In this document: one piece after another, positions 61,196-64,000 of the stretch
How the letters are laid out: every line of letters starts with the position of its first letter
How positions within the stretch are numbered: position 1 is the first letter of the stretch
From: Candidatus Helarchaeota archaeon
GTDB lineage: Archaea; Asgardarchaeota; Lokiarchaeia; Helarchaeales; RDOG01
Length of the DNA: 64,000 bases
Direction of reading: 5' to 3'
Assembly: GCA_019058315.1 (NCBI GenBank)
Contig: JAHPZH010000009.1
Span: forward strand, 64,001 to 128,000
The notes under the pieces: model-generated
What the model saw: the letters and a program-made list of their open reading frames with translations, nothing else
Databases searched by the model: none
Told to the model about the DNA's origin: nothing
Program-made: the position numbers and the translations under genes

Positions 61196-61684
61196 CTACA
61201 ATACAATTTGAGAATCATATTCATTTTGATCAACAGCTTTTTGAATATCTCTTGGATCTTGCCCTTCGACAGTTACTCCCAGACTTATACAAGTGCCTAA
61301 GACTGTCTTAACGGCGTTTTTAAGATCTTTTGCAAGTAACTGTTCTTTTTTTGCTTTGGCTATTGTAACTATGATAGAAAAATCAAGATCTCCTATCTTT
61401 TCATCCTTCGGATTACCGCTTCCTTTTTCAGCTTCAGGTATTTCTTTTAAAATCAGTGCTGATGTAGGAGGACTCATAACTTCAACTTCAAATTCCTTTG
61501 TATCTGTGTCTACGACTATTTTAACTGGTACTTTGAGCCCCGTATATTCTTTTGTTAATTCATTTATCTTCTTAACTATTTGTAAAAGATTCGCACCAGT
61601 CGAACCTAACTTTGGTCCAATTGGAGGACCAGCTGAGGCTTTACCACCTTCAACAAGAGCTTCACACGTAACTTTTCCACCCAT
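61196..61684 (-). CDS. rpl11: 50S ribosomal protein uL11
   Basis: GGKASAGPPIGP, PPTSAL, GTCISLGV. Confidence 0.97.
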   Translation of the reverse strand: MGGKVTCEALVEGGKASAGPPIGPKLGSTGANLLQIVKKINELTKEYTGLKVPVKIVVDTDTKEFEVEVMSPPTSALILKEIPEAEKGSGNPKDEKIGDLDFSIIVTIAKAKKEQLLAKDLKNAVKTVLGTCISLGVTVEGQDPRDIQKAVDQNEYDSQIVL

Positions 61685-61928
61685 ATATTGAAACTTCCGG
61701 TATTTTTCTATAACTTATTAGTAATGTTCTTTTCAATAATATATTTCTATTCTATTGGTCTGTAACATTATATTTACCTTTAAATTTTAAATTTTCTTAA
61801 CTAAATCATAATCAAGATTTGAGCGAATTTTAATGATAATGTAGGCGCGATAAAAAAAAATCTCGATTTTTTTATAAGCGGAAGCTAGTATTAAAAAATT
61901 ATAAAATCAAAATGGTGGTAAAATTACA

Positions 61929-62435
61929 TTGGTTAAAATAGGGATAATTTCCGATACTCATGATAATATTGAAACTGCAAAAAAGGCTGTTCAATATTTC
62001 AATTCAATCAATATAGACTATTGTTTACATGCTGGGGATATTATTGCCCCTTTTATGGCGAACTTAGTTTTTAATGATTTAAAATGTAAAGGAAATTTAA
62101 TATTAGTACAAGGTAATAATGATGGGGAAATTACGGGAAATAAACTTAATTTTACTAAGATTGGGAGTAATTTTGCAGGAAATTACTACGTCGGAATAAT
62201 CGATAATAAAAATATATTAATGCAACATGATATTCATCCAAAAATTTTAGAATCTATAGCATCTTCAAATAAATTCGACATTATAATTCATGGACATACT
62301 CATTCCTCAGAGAAAAAAAATATTGGAAATACAATTATCCTCAATCCAGGTGAATGTTGTGGCATTTTAAGTGGAAAAAATACAATTGCGATAATCGATA
62401 CTGAAAAGATGGATGCAAAAATCATAACCCTATAA
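61929..62435 (+). CDS. Metallophosphoesterase (YfcE/MJ0936 family)
   Basis: SDTH, HAGD, GNND, HGHTH, NPG. Confidence 0.93.
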   Translation: MVKIGIISDTHDNIETAKKAVQYFNSINIDYCLHAGDIIAPFMANLVFNDLKCKGNLILVQGNNDGEITGNKLNFTKIGSNFAGNYYVGIIDNKNILMQHDIHPKILESIASSNKFDIIIHGHTHSSEKKNIGNTIILNPGECCGILSGKNTIAIIDTEKMDAKIITL

Positions 62436-63648
62436 TTTTTTTTGGAGCCTCTAATTTAGCAATAAAAAATCCGGAAGTTTTATGAATATCGGGATAAAAT
62501 CGTTGTAAATTATTGTATCTAATATTATTTTCCGTTAGTTCTCCAGGAGAACCTATAAACACATTTTGTTCTTTAATTTTACAATCGAATTTTTCAATCA
62601 TATATTTTATATTCAACTCATTTTCTTCTGGAGAAAATGTACATGTGCTATAAACTATTATTCCACCGGGTTTTACGATTTTTAACGCAATATGGATAAA
62701 ATATTTTTGGTATTTAGCACTATTAATTATATCTTCTTCCGTTTTTGTCTCGTATAACTTTGGTCGAACACCTAAAGCTGAACAAGGAGGATCAATTAAG
62801 ACTTTATCAGCAGAATTAGAGAATTCGGAAAGTAAAAGCTTTGAATCTCCAATTCTTGAAGATATATTTTTAATTCCCAAACGATTAGAGTTTTCATTTA
62901 ATTTCTCAATTTTATTTTTAGATCTATCAATAGCGATAATTTCTCCTTGATTTTTCATTAATTGAGCAATATGGGTTGATTTACCTCCAATTCCTGCACA
63001 TAGATCCACAATTAATTCATTTTTTTGAGGATTTAATATTCTAGAAGTTAAAATAGAAGGTAAGGCTTGATTATAAAAGAGACCTTCACTAAACAACTGA
63101 GTTTTTTTCAAATTTGGGATAGAGTAGAGAGATTTTATATTTTCGAATATAATTCCTTTTCTAATTTTCCCAAGCTCTTTGTAATCTCTTGTAGCTAAGC
63201 CTATTGCAATAGGAATTTCAGTTTCACTAAGAATTGTAATTTGTTCTCCTTGTAAGAATTTATCAAATTTTTGAATTCCAGGAATATATAAATCCGAACC
63301 ACAAAGAACACTTTCTGAAGCAAATTTATCAATGATTACTTTTTTCTTTAGTATTGGAATTTCATTTGGACCTTTTCTAGGAAGAATAATTGCTTCAGGT
63401 ACGATTTTATGCTGTTTGGCTTTTATTCCTAAATTCTCAAGATTTTTAATTAATTTTTTTGGCGAAATTTTAAGTGTATTTGTTCGAATTGTATAAATTT
63501 CACTAGGAGTCTTTAGAGATTCCAATATTTTTATTGTTCTTTCTTTATATCTTTTCAAAAATCGTTCAATAATACTTTTAGGATAAAGAAATTTTTCAGA
63601 TAATTCTAAAAGCTGACTATTTGGGCTTATTTTCATTAAATACCCCAT
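62422..63648 (-). CDS. RsmB/NOP2-family RNA m5C methyltransferase with PUA domain (NSUN6-like)
   Basis: RTNTLK, PUA insert, DLCAGIGGKS, DPPCSALG, VYSTCT..ENE, GFFIAKL. Confidence 0.92.
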   Translation of the reverse strand: MGYLMKISPNSQLLELSEKFLYPKSIIERFLKRYKERTIKILESLKTPSEIYTIRTNTLKISPKKLIKNLENLGIKAKQHKIVPEAIILPRKGPNEIPILKKKVIIDKFASESVLCGSDLYIPGIQKFDKFLQGEQITILSETEIPIAIGLATRDYKELGKIRKGIIFENIKSLYSIPNLKKTQLFSEGLFYNQALPSILTSRILNPQKNELIVDLCAGIGGKSTHIAQLMKNQGEIIAIDRSKNKIEKLNENSNRLGIKNISSRIGDSKLLLSEFSNSADKVLIDPPCSALGVRPKLYETKTEEDIINSAKYQKYFIHIALKIVKPGGIIVYSTCTFSPEENELNIKYMIEKFDCKIKEQNVFIGSPGELTENNIRYNNLQRFYPDIHKTSGFFIAKLEAPKKIIGL

Positions 63649-63673
63649 ACTTCAATACAAAATTAAAAATTTA

Positions 63674-64000
<327 letters not shown>

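Noticed and set aside
61850-61875. A-run/T-run inverted repeat between rpl11 and the phosphoesterase
   Set aside because: Low-complexity palindrome expected in very AT-rich DNA.
61929-62435. Vps29 retromer subunit
   Set aside because: Full YfcE/MJ0936 metal-ligand set typical of widespread prokaryotic phosphoesterases; nothing specific to Vps29.

Overview
Very AT-rich archaeal DNA. The gene content points to an Asgard archaeon (Loki/Helarchaeales-like): DP2 polymerase, Elf1, eS4/eL14/eL19/eL32/eL34, a roadblock protein and a linked ubiquitin/ESCRT locus. Layout: (1) 1-12.4 kb, surface-glycan locus (GT2/GT4 glycosyltransferases, flippase, a Pol-beta nucleotidyltransferase plus alkaline-phosphatase-superfamily pair, two small membrane paralogs, PGI/PMI). 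(2) 12.7-34.6 kb, ribosomal protein cluster from uS19 through secY, DUF106, eL34, cmk, eL14, cbf5 to an intron-containing tRNA-Ser. It is interrupted by an unknown coiled-coil gene between uS17 and uL14 and by a 6.5 kb sugar-nucleotide/MFS/GT2 block between uL5 and uS14. (3) 34.7-37.3 kb, rps7-tuf-rps10, followed by a tandem copy of the last 37 codons of rps10 that differs only by synonymous changes. (4) 37.5-48.5 kb, ubiquitin-ESCRT neighbourhood: roadblock, GIFT/IFT52-like protein, E1, E2, ubiquitin, RING, coiled-coil protein, UEV/Vps23, Vps25-like, Vps4, two tandem ESCRT-III genes, a HerA-like ATPase and Snf7. (5) 48.5-64 kb, Sec61beta, MazG, CBS protein, DP2, membrane GIFT protein, Elf1, a longin-like multidomain protein, uL11-uL1-uL10-P1, metallophosphoesterase, m5C methyltransferase and partial pcm. 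No CRISPR array, integrase or transposase was seen. All calls come from motif recognition by eye; no searches were run.
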